Notes under the pieces: generated by a model
Told to the model about the DNA's origin: nothing
Databases searched by the model: none
What the model saw: only the letters and a program-made list of their open reading frames with translations
Assembly (NCBI RefSeq): GCF_019455445.1
Contig: NZ_JAHWUS010000001.1
Coordinates: forward strand, 855,856 to 887,855
DNA: 32,000 nt
From: Pseudaquidulcibacter saccharophilus
GTDB taxonomy: Bacteria; Pseudomonadota; Alphaproteobacteria; Caulobacterales; Aquidulcibacteraceae
Direction: 5' to 3'
Position numbers and translations under genes: made by a program
In this document: piece after piece, positions 1 through 9,864 of the stretch
Layout: each line of letters starts with the position of its first letter
Numbering within the stretch: the stretch's first letter is position 1

Positions 1-525
1 GATGACGTGGTCACAATGAAACCACCAGAAGATTTGAAACCTGCGGACGGTATTGTTTCATTAACCGGTGGTTCGCGTGCGCGCCTCACAGAAGGTATAA
101 GCCTGCTGCAAGAAGGCATGGGCAAAAAACTCTTGATTTCAGGGGTTTTTAAAGAGGCAACACCAGAAGAATTAAGACTTGTGACCGGTGGTGATAAGGA
201 GCTTTATGATTGCTGTGTCATGCTTGGTAAAGAAGCAACCGACACAATCGGCAACGCCCGCGAAATCCATGAATGGGCAAAGGCAAATAAATTTAAACGC
301 CTGATAATTATTACCGATAATTACCACATCAAACGTTCAATGCTTGAAATTAAATTTGCCAATAGTGATATTGAATTTATTCCCTATCCCGTGCGGGCAG
401 AGCCTTTTATGCATAAAAACTGGTGGGAAAATAAGGATGCCGTGCGACGACTGACAATTGAATATTCAAAATATGTCTTTGCACAGCTAAGATTGATTAC
501 AGGTTTTGATCCGGAACACGAATAA
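1..525 (+). CDS. DUF218 (YdcF/ElyC/SanA-like) family protein, 5'-truncated by the window edge
   Basis: The frame is open from nt 1 with no upstream stop; the tracked GTG at 7 is probably internal. The blocks LTGGSRARL..GISLLQEG..KKLLISGV and LIIITDNYHIKRS are typical of the DUF218 fold. Confidence 0.7.
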   Translation, partial: DDVVTMKPPEDLKPADGIVSLTGGSRARLTEGISLLQEGMGKKLLISGVFKEATPEELRLVTGGDKELYDCCVMLGKEATDTIGNAREIHEWAKANKFKRLIIITDNYHIKRSMLEIKFANSDIEFIPYPVRAEPFMHKNWWENKDAVRRLTIEYSKYVFAQLRLITGFDPEHE

Positions 526-1248
526 ATGGCTTTTTTACGCTCTTTAATTTATGAAATTTACTTTGCGCTTGCTATCCTTGTGGTTGGCTCTTTTGGCGCA
601 ATTGCGGTTTTATTCGATAGAAAATACGCGCTTAATGTCGTTAATATTTGGTCGCGTGCCGAATTATGGGGGCTTAAATATATCCAAGGCATTACCATAG
701 AGGTGAGGGGGATTGAAAACCTCCGTGATGGCAAGGTGATGGTCGCGGGCAAGCATTTATCGACCCTTGATACCGTTGCCCCATTCACAATGATGAATAC
801 GCCGGCGTTTGTTTTTAAACAAGAGCTGTTCAAAGTTCCGATTTTTGGTTGGTATCTAAAAGTGTCTGGTATGATTGCAATCGACCGTGATGGCGGTATG
901 GCGGCATTAAAAGGCATGGTGGCAGAATCAAAAGTCCGCATCGAAGAAAACCGCCCGATTCTTATTTTTCCAGAAGGTACACGCCAACCAATTGGTGCGG
1001 AACCCGATTATAAACCCGGTGTGGCAGCGATTTATGGTATGCTTGGTGTGCCATGTGTGCCGCTTGCCCTTAATACCGGCTGTTATTGGAAAAACAAAGG
1101 CATGGTAAAGCGCCCAGGAAAAGTAGTTTTTGAATTTCTTGAGCCAATCGAACCCGGTCTTAAACGCCAAGAATTTATGGAAAAATTGCAAACCGCAATC
1201 GAAAGCGGAACTGCAAAATTGGTCGAAGAGGCATCTCAAAGACAGTAA
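526..1248 (+). CDS. plsC: 1-acyl-sn-glycerol-3-phosphate acyltransferase
   Basis: Has the HX4D acyltransferase motif (GKHLSTLD), the FPEGTR motif and an N-terminal TM helix. The ATG directly follows the upstream stop (TAAATG). Confidence 0.85.
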   Translation: MAFLRSLIYEIYFALAILVVGSFGAIAVLFDRKYALNVVNIWSRAELWGLKYIQGITIEVRGIENLRDGKVMVAGKHLSTLDTVAPFTMMNTPAFVFKQELFKVPIFGWYLKVSGMIAIDRDGGMAALKGMVAESKVRIEENRPILIFPEGTRQPIGAEPDYKPGVAAIYGMLGVPCVPLALNTGCYWKNKGMVKRPGKVVFEFLEPIEPGLKRQEFMEKLQTAIESGTAKLVEEASQRQ

Positions 1249-1286
1249 AATGTCAAGAAAATGTATAGAAAACCTGCCTAACCCCG

Positions 1287-1315
1287 TTGACTCATGTTCT
1301 GCAAAATTATATAGC
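1287..1315 (+). promoter_or_regulatory. Candidate sigma70-type promoter for rplU-rpmA
   Basis: TTGACT (1287-1292), a 17-nt spacer, then TATAGC (1310-1315); TATATA at 1308-1313 is an alternative -10. It lies about 90 nt upstream of the rplU ATG. Confidence 0.4.
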
Positions 1316-1330
1316 CCACCACTCTTATTT

Positions 1331-1360
1331 CGCCCCAAATTCCAAATGGGGCGCGTTTTA
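1331..1360 (+). terminator. Hairpin plus T-tract: either the plsC terminator or an rplU leader attenuator
   Basis: Stem CGCCCCA (1331-1337) pairs with TGGGGCG (1347-1353) over a 9-nt loop, followed by CGTTTTA. It lies downstream of the candidate promoter and upstream of rplU. Confidence 0.35.
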
Positions 1361-1406
1361 TGTTGGTTTTTAGCGTTTTGTAAACGCAGTTTGAAAGGTT
1401 TTCGCG

Positions 1407-1718
1407 ATGTTCGCGGTTATTAAAACAGGCGGCAAACAATATAAAGTTGCTGCGGGCGATAAAATCGTTGTTGAAAAAATTGAGGGCGAAGCAGGCTCTA
1501 CTGTCAAATTTGAAGAAGTTTTGATGGTTGGTGATGACAATGGCGTTAAAGTTGGCGCTCCTGTTGTTGCTGGTGCTTCGGTTTCTGCTGAATTGGTTGA
1601 CACTTCAAAAGGTGATAAAGTTTACGTCATTAAAAAGACCCGTCGTAACACTTATCGTCGTCGTCGTGGCCACCGCCAGTTTGAAACTACTGTTAAAATT
1701 ACTGCGGTTAACGCATAA
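1407..1718 (+). CDS. rplU: 50S ribosomal protein L21 (bL21)
   Basis: Signature N-terminus MFAVIKTGGKQYKV, a basic C-terminal RRRRGHRQ block, and conserved rplU-rpmA pairing. Confidence 0.97.
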   Translation: MFAVIKTGGKQYKVAAGDKIVVEKIEGEAGSTVKFEEVLMVGDDNGVKVGAPVVAGASVSAELVDTSKGDKVYVIKKTRRNTYRRRRGHRQFETTVKITAVNA

Positions 1719-1733
1719 TAAAGGATATTTGTT

Positions 1734-2000
1734 ATGGCACATAAGAAGGCTGGTGGTTCATCCCGTAACGGTCGCGATTCAGAATCAAAACGCCTCGGCG
1801 TGAAAAAATACGGCAACGAAAATGTTGTTGCTGGTAACATTTTGGTTCGTCAACGCGGCACAAAATTTTTCGCTGGTGACAATGTTGGTATGGGCAAAGA
1901 TCATACTTTGTTCGCAACTGCTAACGGCAAAGTTGAGTTCCGTGAAAAAGCAAACAAACGTACATTCGTTTCTGTTGTTTTGCCTCAAGCTGCGGAATAA
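1734..2000 (+). CDS. rpmA: 50S ribosomal protein L27 (bL27)
   Basis: Signature [24 protein letters not shown]. An AAGGA Shine-Dalgarno sits just upstream. Confidence 0.97.
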   Translation: MAHKKAGGSSRNGRDSESKRLGVKKYGNENVVAGNILVRQRGTKFFAGDNVGMGKDHTLFATANGKVEFREKANKRTFVSVVLPQAAE

Positions 2001-2025
2001 TCACTTTTTACAATTTTGAAAAATT

Positions 2026-2052
2026 GGGGCGGGAACGCCCCTTTTTTATTTT
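2026..2052 (+). terminator. Rho-independent terminator of rplU-rpmA
   Basis: GGGGCG (2026-2031), loop GGAA, CGCCCC (2036-2041), followed by TTTTTTATTTT. It starts 26 nt after the rpmA stop. Confidence 0.8.
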
Positions 2053-2134
2053 CAGAATCAATTATCCCACAATGTCACCCCGCATTTATTGCGGGGTCTA
2101 TTATTAAGATGCGCTTTGGTTAAATGCAGGATGA

Positions 2135-4350
<2,216 letters not shown>

Positions 4351-4411
4351 CTTTTATAAATTCACCTAAATAATCGCAAACCTATCATATGCCTCTAAAA
4401 AAGGAGATAAT

Positions 4412-4591
4412 ATGAAAGGCTATAAAACCCTTGCCGCATCGGCATTAATTACGATTATCGGCAGCTTGCAACAAATTGGCGTTATAAATCTTGTTCCCGA
4501 ACATTTTCAAGGCGTGGCAATTGCTACAATCGGCCTTGTGATGGCGGGGTTAAGATTGGTGACAAACACAAATGTTTTAAAAAATCGCTGA
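4412..4591 (+). CDS. Small (59 aa) two-TM membrane protein resembling small phage membrane (putative holin) proteins; below the ORF-track size cutoff
   Basis: My own translation is MKGYKTLAASALITIIGSLQQIGVINLVPEHFQGVAIATIGLVMAGLRLVTNTNVLKNR. A strong SD AAGGAG (4401-4406) lies 5 nt before the ATG. There are two hydrophobic helices, and a hairpin follows downstream. Confidence 0.55.
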   Translation: MKGYKTLAASALITIIGSLQQIGVINLVPEHFQGVAIATIGLVMAGLRLVTNTNVLKNR

Positions 4592-4682
4592 TGGCGATTT
4601 TGTCTCTTCGATTTGCGGAAAAGTCTGCAACTTTTCCTATCTCATCGCGGTCATATACTGCAACAATGTAAAAACTGTATTT

Positions 4683-4710
4683 GCCCCCTTAAAATTTAAT
4701 GGGGGCATTT
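4683..4710 (+). terminator. Possible weak terminator after the small ORF
   Basis: GCCCCC (4683-4688) pairs with GGGGGC (4701-4706) over a 12-nt AT loop, followed by ATTTAT, which is a poor T-tract. Confidence 0.35.
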
Positions 4711-4795
4711 ATACAAAATGCAAGTATATTCAAAAAACACCTTCCAATATTGAAACATTTATCTTTTCCACTATCGTTGTTCGAGGAGAGCAAAA

Positions 4796-5203
4796 ATGGC
4801 ATATTGGCTTATAAAATCTGAACCCAATGTTTGGTCGTGGGATCAACAAGTAGCAAAAGGCAATGAGGGGGAGGCGTGGACAGGCGTCAAAAACTATCTT
4901 GCCCGCAACAATATGCGCGCCATGAAATTGGGAGACAAAGCGTTTTTCTATCATTCCAATATTGGCAAAGAAATTGTCGGCATCTGCGAAGTTTGTCAGG
5001 AAATCTTCCCTGACCCAACCGATGAAAAATGGGAATGCGTTAAATTTCGCGCGGTTGAAAAATTAAAACGCCCATACACACTCGAAGAAGCTAAAAATAA
5101 TCCCAAACTTGCCAATATGGCCCTTGTAAAAATGACCCGCCTTTCGGTGCAGCCAGTAACAGATGAGGAATGGGAAGAGGTTTTACAAGAAGTAGGGCAA
5201 TAA
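4796..5203 (+). CDS. EVE (PUA-like, DUF55) domain protein
   Basis: Typical N-terminus MAYWLIKSEPNVWSWDQQ, the block ARNNMRAMKLGDKAFFYHSN, and a length of about 135 aa. SD GAGGAG lies upstream. Confidence 0.85.
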   Translation: MAYWLIKSEPNVWSWDQQVAKGNEGEAWTGVKNYLARNNMRAMKLGDKAFFYHSNIGKEIVGICEVCQEIFPDPTDEKWECVKFRAVEKLKRPYTLEEAKNNPKLANMALVKMTRLSVQPVTDEEWEEVLQEVGQ

Positions 5204-7192
5204 TTACTGCTCTACCCGTTTTCTTTCCTGACCCAATGCACCAAGAGATTCTCCCCCTGCGGATGAGAAGAATTGTGCGAGGTTTTCATAAAACATTGCC
5301 ATGGTTTGGCTGTCTGGGCGGTTTAAATCGTCAATGGTTGGCAGTGGGTTAAGCGGCATTCCTTCATGGGCTTTATTCATAAAGTCTGACCAGATTATTG
5401 CAGGAAGTGTGCCGCCCGAAACCCCGTTCATGGGTTTAAACTCGTCATTACCAACCCAAACCCCGCAAATGATGTCGGCAGTATAGCCAACAAACCACGC
5501 ATCGCGGAAGTTTTGCGAAGTTCCGGTTTTGCCCGCCGCCTCGCGCCCACCCGCAAGCTGCGCGCGATGACCAGTACCAAAGGCAATAACATCGCCCAAC
5601 ATTGCCGTCATTTGTCGTGCTTTTAATGGGTCATAAACTTGGGTTGGGGCGTGGCTTTTGCGTTCATAGGCAATAGTGTTGCGTGTGGTATCGACCCGCT
5701 CGATTAAATATGGTTCAACCCGAACCCCATCATTGGCAAGTGTGGCATAGGCACGCGTCATATCCATCAAGGTCACTTCACCGGCACCAAGGGCGATTGA
5801 TGGGTGTTTTGGCAATTGGCTTTCAATACCCAAACGCTGTGCAGTGCCGATAACGCGGTCAATCCCGACCTGAACCGCAAGTTCAACCGCGACGGTATTG
5901 ATTGATCTAGTTAAAGCGGTTGAAAGTGTTACTTTGCCGGAATAAGTTTTGCCAAAGTTTTGTGGCTTCCAGCCATTGATATTAATCGGCTTGTCTTCTT
6001 TGATGGTGTTGGGCGTCATACCCATTTCAAGCGCTGCGGCATACACAAGGGGTTTAAAGGTTGAACCCGGTTGGCGTTTTGCCTGTGTCACACGGTTAAA
6101 CTGGCTTTGTTTATAAGAGCGCCCACCAACAAGTGCCAAAATCCGCCCCTGTTTATCAATGGCAATCAATGCCGCCTGATTAACGCCAGATCCAGCATTT
6201 TTTGCCAAGATTTTTTGGATTGTTTCAACCGCGTCTTGTTGAATTCGCGGGTCAATTGTTATGCGTGCGATACGGTCGGGCGAAATAGGTGGATCGAGCG
6301 TATCAATTTCCTTGGCCGCCATATCAACGGCATAGGCAATTTCCCCCTCATCAGGGTCGGGCGTGGTTTTTACGACCACCGGCTCTTTGGCAACTTCGGC
6401 GGCAAGCTGGGGGGTGATGAAATGTGCATCAACCATTCTTTGCAAAACTACGGCGCGCCTATCAAGTGCGGGCTTGGCGGTGATATCGATTGATAGCCGC
6501 CCAGGTGCCTTGGGAAGGCCCGCCAACATTGCCGCCTCACCAAGGGTTAATTCCTGTGGCTTTTTGGAGAAATAACGCCATGCCGCGGCATCAATACCAT
6601 AGGCATTATTGCCGAAATAAATGCGGTTTAAATAAACTTCTAGGATTTTCTTCTTTGGAAACTTGCTATCAATTTGCCACGCCAACACCATTTCTTGTGC
6701 TTTGCGCTTTATGGTTTGGTGTGGATTTAAGAATACGTTTTTAACTAGCTGTTGGGTGATGGTTGATGCACCCTGAACCGTGTGTCCGGCGGCAATATTT
6801 TTAACAAGTGCGCGCCCCACGCCAACAAAATCAACGCCTTTATGCTCGAAAAAGCGGGCATCCTCAACCGCAAGAAACGGGGTAATAACGCGCGCCGGTA
6901 ATTCATCAATCGGAACACGGCGCCCAAAACGCGGCCCCCGAAGGGCAATGGTGCGTCCTTGGGAATCAACAACTTCTAAAGACGATGGTCGATTGGAAAC
7001 CCATAATTCTTGTTCCGAGCTTACGCTCGGCATGTCGCCAAATAAATAATTAAAGCCTAAAATTCCGCCGCCGATAAGGCAGCCCCAAAAAAGCCCCCAG
7101 AATAGGATGCTCATGAGTTGCATACGGACATTTTTACGCCGCTTGGCTTCCATTAAATCGGCGCGGTAAACGAGGTTTTCAGGCTTTTTCAT
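5204..7192 (-). CDS. Class A penicillin-binding protein (bifunctional transglycosylase/transpeptidase, PBP1A family)
   Basis: GT51 motifs EDARFFEHKGVD and GASTITQQLVKN. Transpeptidase motifs STFKP (SxxK), SIN (SxN) and KTGTS (KTG). One N-terminal TM helix. The ORF is open to 7285, but the MKKPEN start at 7192 (or 7219) is more plausible, so the start is uncertain. Confidence 0.92.
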   Translation of the reverse strand: MKKPENLVYRADLMEAKRRKNVRMQLMSILFWGLFWGCLIGGGILGFNYLFGDMPSVSSEQELWVSNRPSSLEVVDSQGRTIALRGPRFGRRVPIDELPARVITPFLAVEDARFFEHKGVDFVGVGRALVKNIAAGHTVQGASTITQQLVKNVFLNPHQTIKRKAQEMVLAWQIDSKFPKKKILEVYLNRIYFGNNAYGIDAAAWRYFSKKPQELTLGEAAMLAGLPKAPGRLSIDITAKPALDRRAVVLQRMVDAHFITPQLAAEVAKEPVVVKTTPDPDEGEIAYAVDMAAKEIDTLDPPISPDRIARITIDPRIQQDAVETIQKILAKNAGSGVNQAALIAIDKQGRILALVGGRSYKQSQFNRVTQAKRQPGSTFKPLVYAAALEMGMTPNTIKEDKPININGWKPQNFGKTYSGKVTLSTALTRSINTVAVELAVQVGIDRVIGTAQRLGIESQLPKHPSIALGAGEVTLMDMTRAYATLANDGVRVEPYLIERVDTTRNTIAYERKSHAPTQVYDPLKARQMTAMLGDVIAFGTGHRAQLAGGREAAGKTGTSQNFRDAWFVGYTADIICGVWVGNDEFKPMNGVSGGTLPAIIWSDFMNKAHEGMPLNPLPTIDDLNRPDSQTMAMFYENLAQFFSSAGGESLGALGQERKRVEQ

Positions 7193-7333
7193 TAGGTCAA
7201 ATTTAATATAGTGATTCATCAAAGCTAAAACAGTTTTTGCGGATAATTTGAATTTGAAAAACCATAACGCATTGAAAATAAACAATTATGGGTTTGAATA
7301 ATCTTTTTTAATCACCGCACATAAATACCGCAT

Positions 7334-7368
7334 CCATAATCACACGGTTCAATGAGTGATGATTATGG
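7334..7368. repeat. Imperfect inverted repeat or hairpin immediately 5' of the GTA operon
   Basis: CCATAATCA-CAC (7334-7345) pairs with GTG-A-TGATTATGG (7356-7368). That is 12 base pairs with one bulged A and a 10-nt loop. It ends 9 nt before the TerL TTG. Confidence 0.5.
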
Positions 7369-7377
7369 AAAAAAATA

Positions 7378-8718
7378 TTGAAAGAATTGCCCAAAAACGA
7401 CGCGAGCGCGACCTCTTATTTGCCGCGCTTGAACGCAGACTCGATCGCATCCTTGCCGTCACCGAAGCGAAAGGAATTATTGGGCAATCTGCCGCTGCAT
7501 CGCCTCGAAATATTGATGCAGGATTGGCGGTTTTGGGCGCGCAAGGCACAAATGGCGCCGAAGGGAAATTGGCGGACGTGGCTGTTCATGGGCGGACGCG
7601 GTGCAGGGAAAACCCGCGCCGCCGCCGAATGGGTGACTGATATGGTCTCACAGGGGAATGCAAGTTCAGTTGCGCTTATTGGTGCAACATTGGGCGACGT
7701 TCGTAATGTTATGGTTGGTGGTAAATCGGGTTTACTTGCGATTGCGCCGCCCGAACTTGCCCCGAAATATGAACCATCAAAAAGGATATTTACTTGGGCA
7801 AATGGCGCTATTGCCTATGCCTATTCAGCCGAAGTTCCCGACAGTTTGCGTGGCCCGCAATTTGACCTTGCATGGGGTGATGAATTGGCGGCATGGGCCG
7901 ATGGTGATGCGGTTTTGGATGTTTTACGCCCCGCATTACGCCTTGGCGAAAATCCGCGTATGGCTTTAACTACCACACCGCGCCCCGTAAGTTGGGTCAA
8001 GGATTTATTGCTTGATGAAACTTGTGTCATTACGCGTTCTTCAACCCGCGATAATGCCGCCAATTTGGCAAATGGCGTGGTCGATGATTTGGAACGCCGT
8101 TTTAATAACAGTATTTGGGCGCGGCAAGAGCTTTTTGGTGAGTTAATCGAAGACCCCGAAGGGGCATTATGGTCACGCAGCGACATAAAAAACGCCCGTG
8201 CCTTACCAAAAACCGATGATTTTGAAACCATTTTAATTGCGGTCGATCCCCCTGCAACAAAGGGCAAGAATGCCGATGCTTGTGGGATAATTATTGTCGG
8301 GAAAAACGGCAAAAATGCGTGGGTTATTGATGATTTAACTACCCAAGGACAAGCGCCCAATGAATGGGCGGAATTAATTGCCAAGGCATATGAAAAATAT
8401 CAGGCAAACTACATCCTTGCAGAGGGTAATCAGGGTGGGGAGATGGTGCGCGAAATCATCAAATTGCAAACCCCCGAAGCGATGGTTAGGTTGGTACATG
8501 CGTCAAAGTCAAAGCGTGTGCGTGCCGAACCGGTGGCGCTTTTATACGCACAAAACCGCGTATGCCACCTTCACCATTTCCCCGCCCTTGAAGATGAAAT
8601 GTGTTCATTTGGTACGCAAAATTTTCGCGGCAGCCCCAACCGCATGGACGCACTTGTTCATGCACTAACCCATCTTTTGCTGGGGCAAAAATCCGATCCC
8701 AAAATCAGAAATATTTAA
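7378..8718 (+). CDS. GTA large terminase (RcGTA g2 homologue)
   Basis: Walker A-like GGRGAGKT, WGDELAAW, and nuclease-region IAVDPPATKG..DACGIIIVG. The N-terminal block SLPSPKRKELLGNL..DWRFWAR is typical of alphaproteobacterial GTA TerL. Only in-frame TTG codons (7378, 7387, 7420, 7429) precede the conserved block. Confidence 0.9.
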   Translation: MKELPKNDASATSYLPRLNADSIASLPSPKRKELLGNLPLHRLEILMQDWRFWARKAQMAPKGNWRTWLFMGGRGAGKTRAAAEWVTDMVSQGNASSVALIGATLGDVRNVMVGGKSGLLAIAPPELAPKYEPSKRIFTWANGAIAYAYSAEVPDSLRGPQFDLAWGDELAAWADGDAVLDVLRPALRLGENPRMALTTTPRPVSWVKDLLLDETCVITRSSTRDNAANLANGVVDDLERRFNNSIWARQELFGELIEDPEGALWSRSDIKNARALPKTDDFETILIAVDPPATKGKNADACGIIIVGKNGKNAWVIDDLTTQGQAPNEWAELIAKAYEKYQANYILAEGNQGGEMVREIIKLQTPEAMVRLVHASKSKRVRAEPVALLYAQNRVCHLHHFPALEDEMCSFGTQNFRGSPNRMDALVHALTHLLLGQKSDPKIRNI

Positions 8719-8730
8719 ACGGAAATTAAA

Positions 8731-9864
8731 ATGTTTTCATTTTTTAAAGCAAAATCACCCGAAGCGAAAAGCAATTCATTTCTTGCCTTTTCAAACCTCG
8801 GCAATCCGGTATGGACCCCGCGCGATTATGGTGCTTTGGCACGTGAAGGCTATCGCCAAAACCCGATTGCATACCGCTGTGTTCGCATGATTGCCGAGGC
8901 GGTGGCGGCAATCCCGCTTTTGGTAAAGGATAAGGATGGCAAACCGCACGCTTGGCAAAATCTTATCGATAAGCCCAATTTTGAACAAACCACTTCAGAG
9001 CTTTTAGAAGCCTTTATTGGTCATCTTCAAATTGCCGGCAATGCTTATATTGAAGTGGTGGCGGTTGATAATATTCCAAAAGAATTAATCATCCTCAGGC
9101 CCGATACAATGCGCATTATTAAGGGGCAAAATGGTTGGATAATTGGTTGGGAACAACAAATTGGAAACAATAAACGCCGCCTTTGGCGCGATATGGTAAC
9201 TGGGCGTTCGCAAGTTTTGCACCTTAAAACCTTTAATCCATGCGATGATTTATACGGTCAAAGCCCGATTGAACCCGCCGCCACCGCGATTGATATTCAT
9301 AATGCGGGCGGTGCGTGGAATAAGGCATTGATTGATAATGCCGCCCGCCCATCCGGTGCGTTGGTTTATCGTGGGCAAAATGGGGTTGAACGGCTTTCTG
9401 ATGAACAATTTGAGCGCCTGAAAGCCGAATTAACCATTGCGCATACAGGTGCGACCAATGCTGGGCGGCCTTTATTGCTTGAGGGTGGTCTTGAATGGTC
9501 GCCAATGTCACTTTCCCCACAAGAAATGGATTTTGTGGAGGCCAGAAGGCAGGCTTCGCGTGATATTGCCCTTGCCTTTGGGGTTCCGCCAATGTTGCTT
9601 GGTATCCCTGGCGACAATACTTATTCAAATTATAAAGAGGCAAATAGCGCATTTTATCGCCAAACAATTATCCCACTTGTCAACAAATTATCGGCGGCAT
9701 TGGCAGGGCTTTTAAACGGTTGGTCGTCTGAACCTGTTTTCATCACCGCCAATTTTGATGCCGTAAACGCATTGGGGACGGAGCGCGATGGTCTTTGGGC
9801 GCGTCTAGAGAATGCAACATTCCTCTCTGATAGTGAAAAACGTAAGCTCGCGGGGGTCGAATGA
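8731..9864 (+). CDS. GTA portal protein, HK97 family (g3 homologue)
   Basis: Conserved blocks NPIAYRCVRMIAEAVAAIPL and FGVPPMLLGIPGDNTYSNYKEA. Its size and its position after TerL fit. Confidence 0.9.
   Translation: MFSFFKAKSPEAKSNSFLAFSNLGNPVWTPRDYGALAREGYRQNPIAYRCVRMIAEAVAAIPLLVKDKDGKPHAWQNLIDKPNFEQTTSELLEAFIGHLQIAGNAYIEVVAVDNIPKELIILRPDTMRIIKGQNGWIIGWEQQIGNNKRRLWRDMVTGRSQVLHLKTFNPCDDLYGQSPIEPAATAIDIHNAGGAWNKALIDNAARPSGALVYRGQNGVERLSDEQFERLKAELTIAHTGATNAGRPLLLEGGLEWSPMSLSPQEMDFVEARRQASRDIALAFGVPPMLLGIPGDNTYSNYKEANSAFYRQTIIPLVNKLSAALAGLLNGWSSEPVFITANFDAVNALGTERDGLWARLENATFLSDSEKRKLAGVE

Noticed and set aside
1130-1423. 97-aa + strand ORF bridging the plsC 3' end and the rplU start
   Set aside because: It overlaps plsC out of frame and runs through the promoter/hairpin spacer into rplU. 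It has no RBS and an implausible composition.
2077-2097. Second hairpin ACCCCGC-ATTTATT-GCGGGGT after the rpmA terminator, as a terminator or REP-like element
   Set aside because: It has a 7-bp stem but no T-tract on either strand, and I found no second copy in the window. It may simply be a back-up structure, so it is not called.
4591-4668. 25-codon ORF coupled to the 59-aa ORF by TGATG
   Set aside because: It is very short, has no RBS or recognisable features, and is most likely coincidental.
7193-7377. A CtrA box (TTAA-N7-TTAA) or a clear sigma70 promoter upstream of the GTA operon
   Set aside because: I scanned by eye and found only isolated TTAA half-sites and an AAAACCAT near-half-site. 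TTGAAT at 7294-7299 has no acceptable -10 at 16-18 nt. I could not support either call.
7356-7640. Calling the 94-aa ORF the small terminase (g1)
   Set aside because: It overlaps the conserved N-terminal region of TerL by about 260 nt in another frame. Its C-terminal two-thirds (..GTNGAEGKLADVAVHGRTRCRENPRRRRMGD) looks like off-frame noise. It is kept only as a question inside a finding, not as a feature.
7821-8384. 187-aa minus-strand ORF, and similar antisense ORFs (5301-5486, 6071-6493, 9233-9667, 13605-13949, 19931-20344, 28365-28799, 31273-31638)
   Set aside because: Each is nested antisense or out of frame within a gene that has strong motif support. Their composition is shadow-like, rich in Arg, Ser and Pro.
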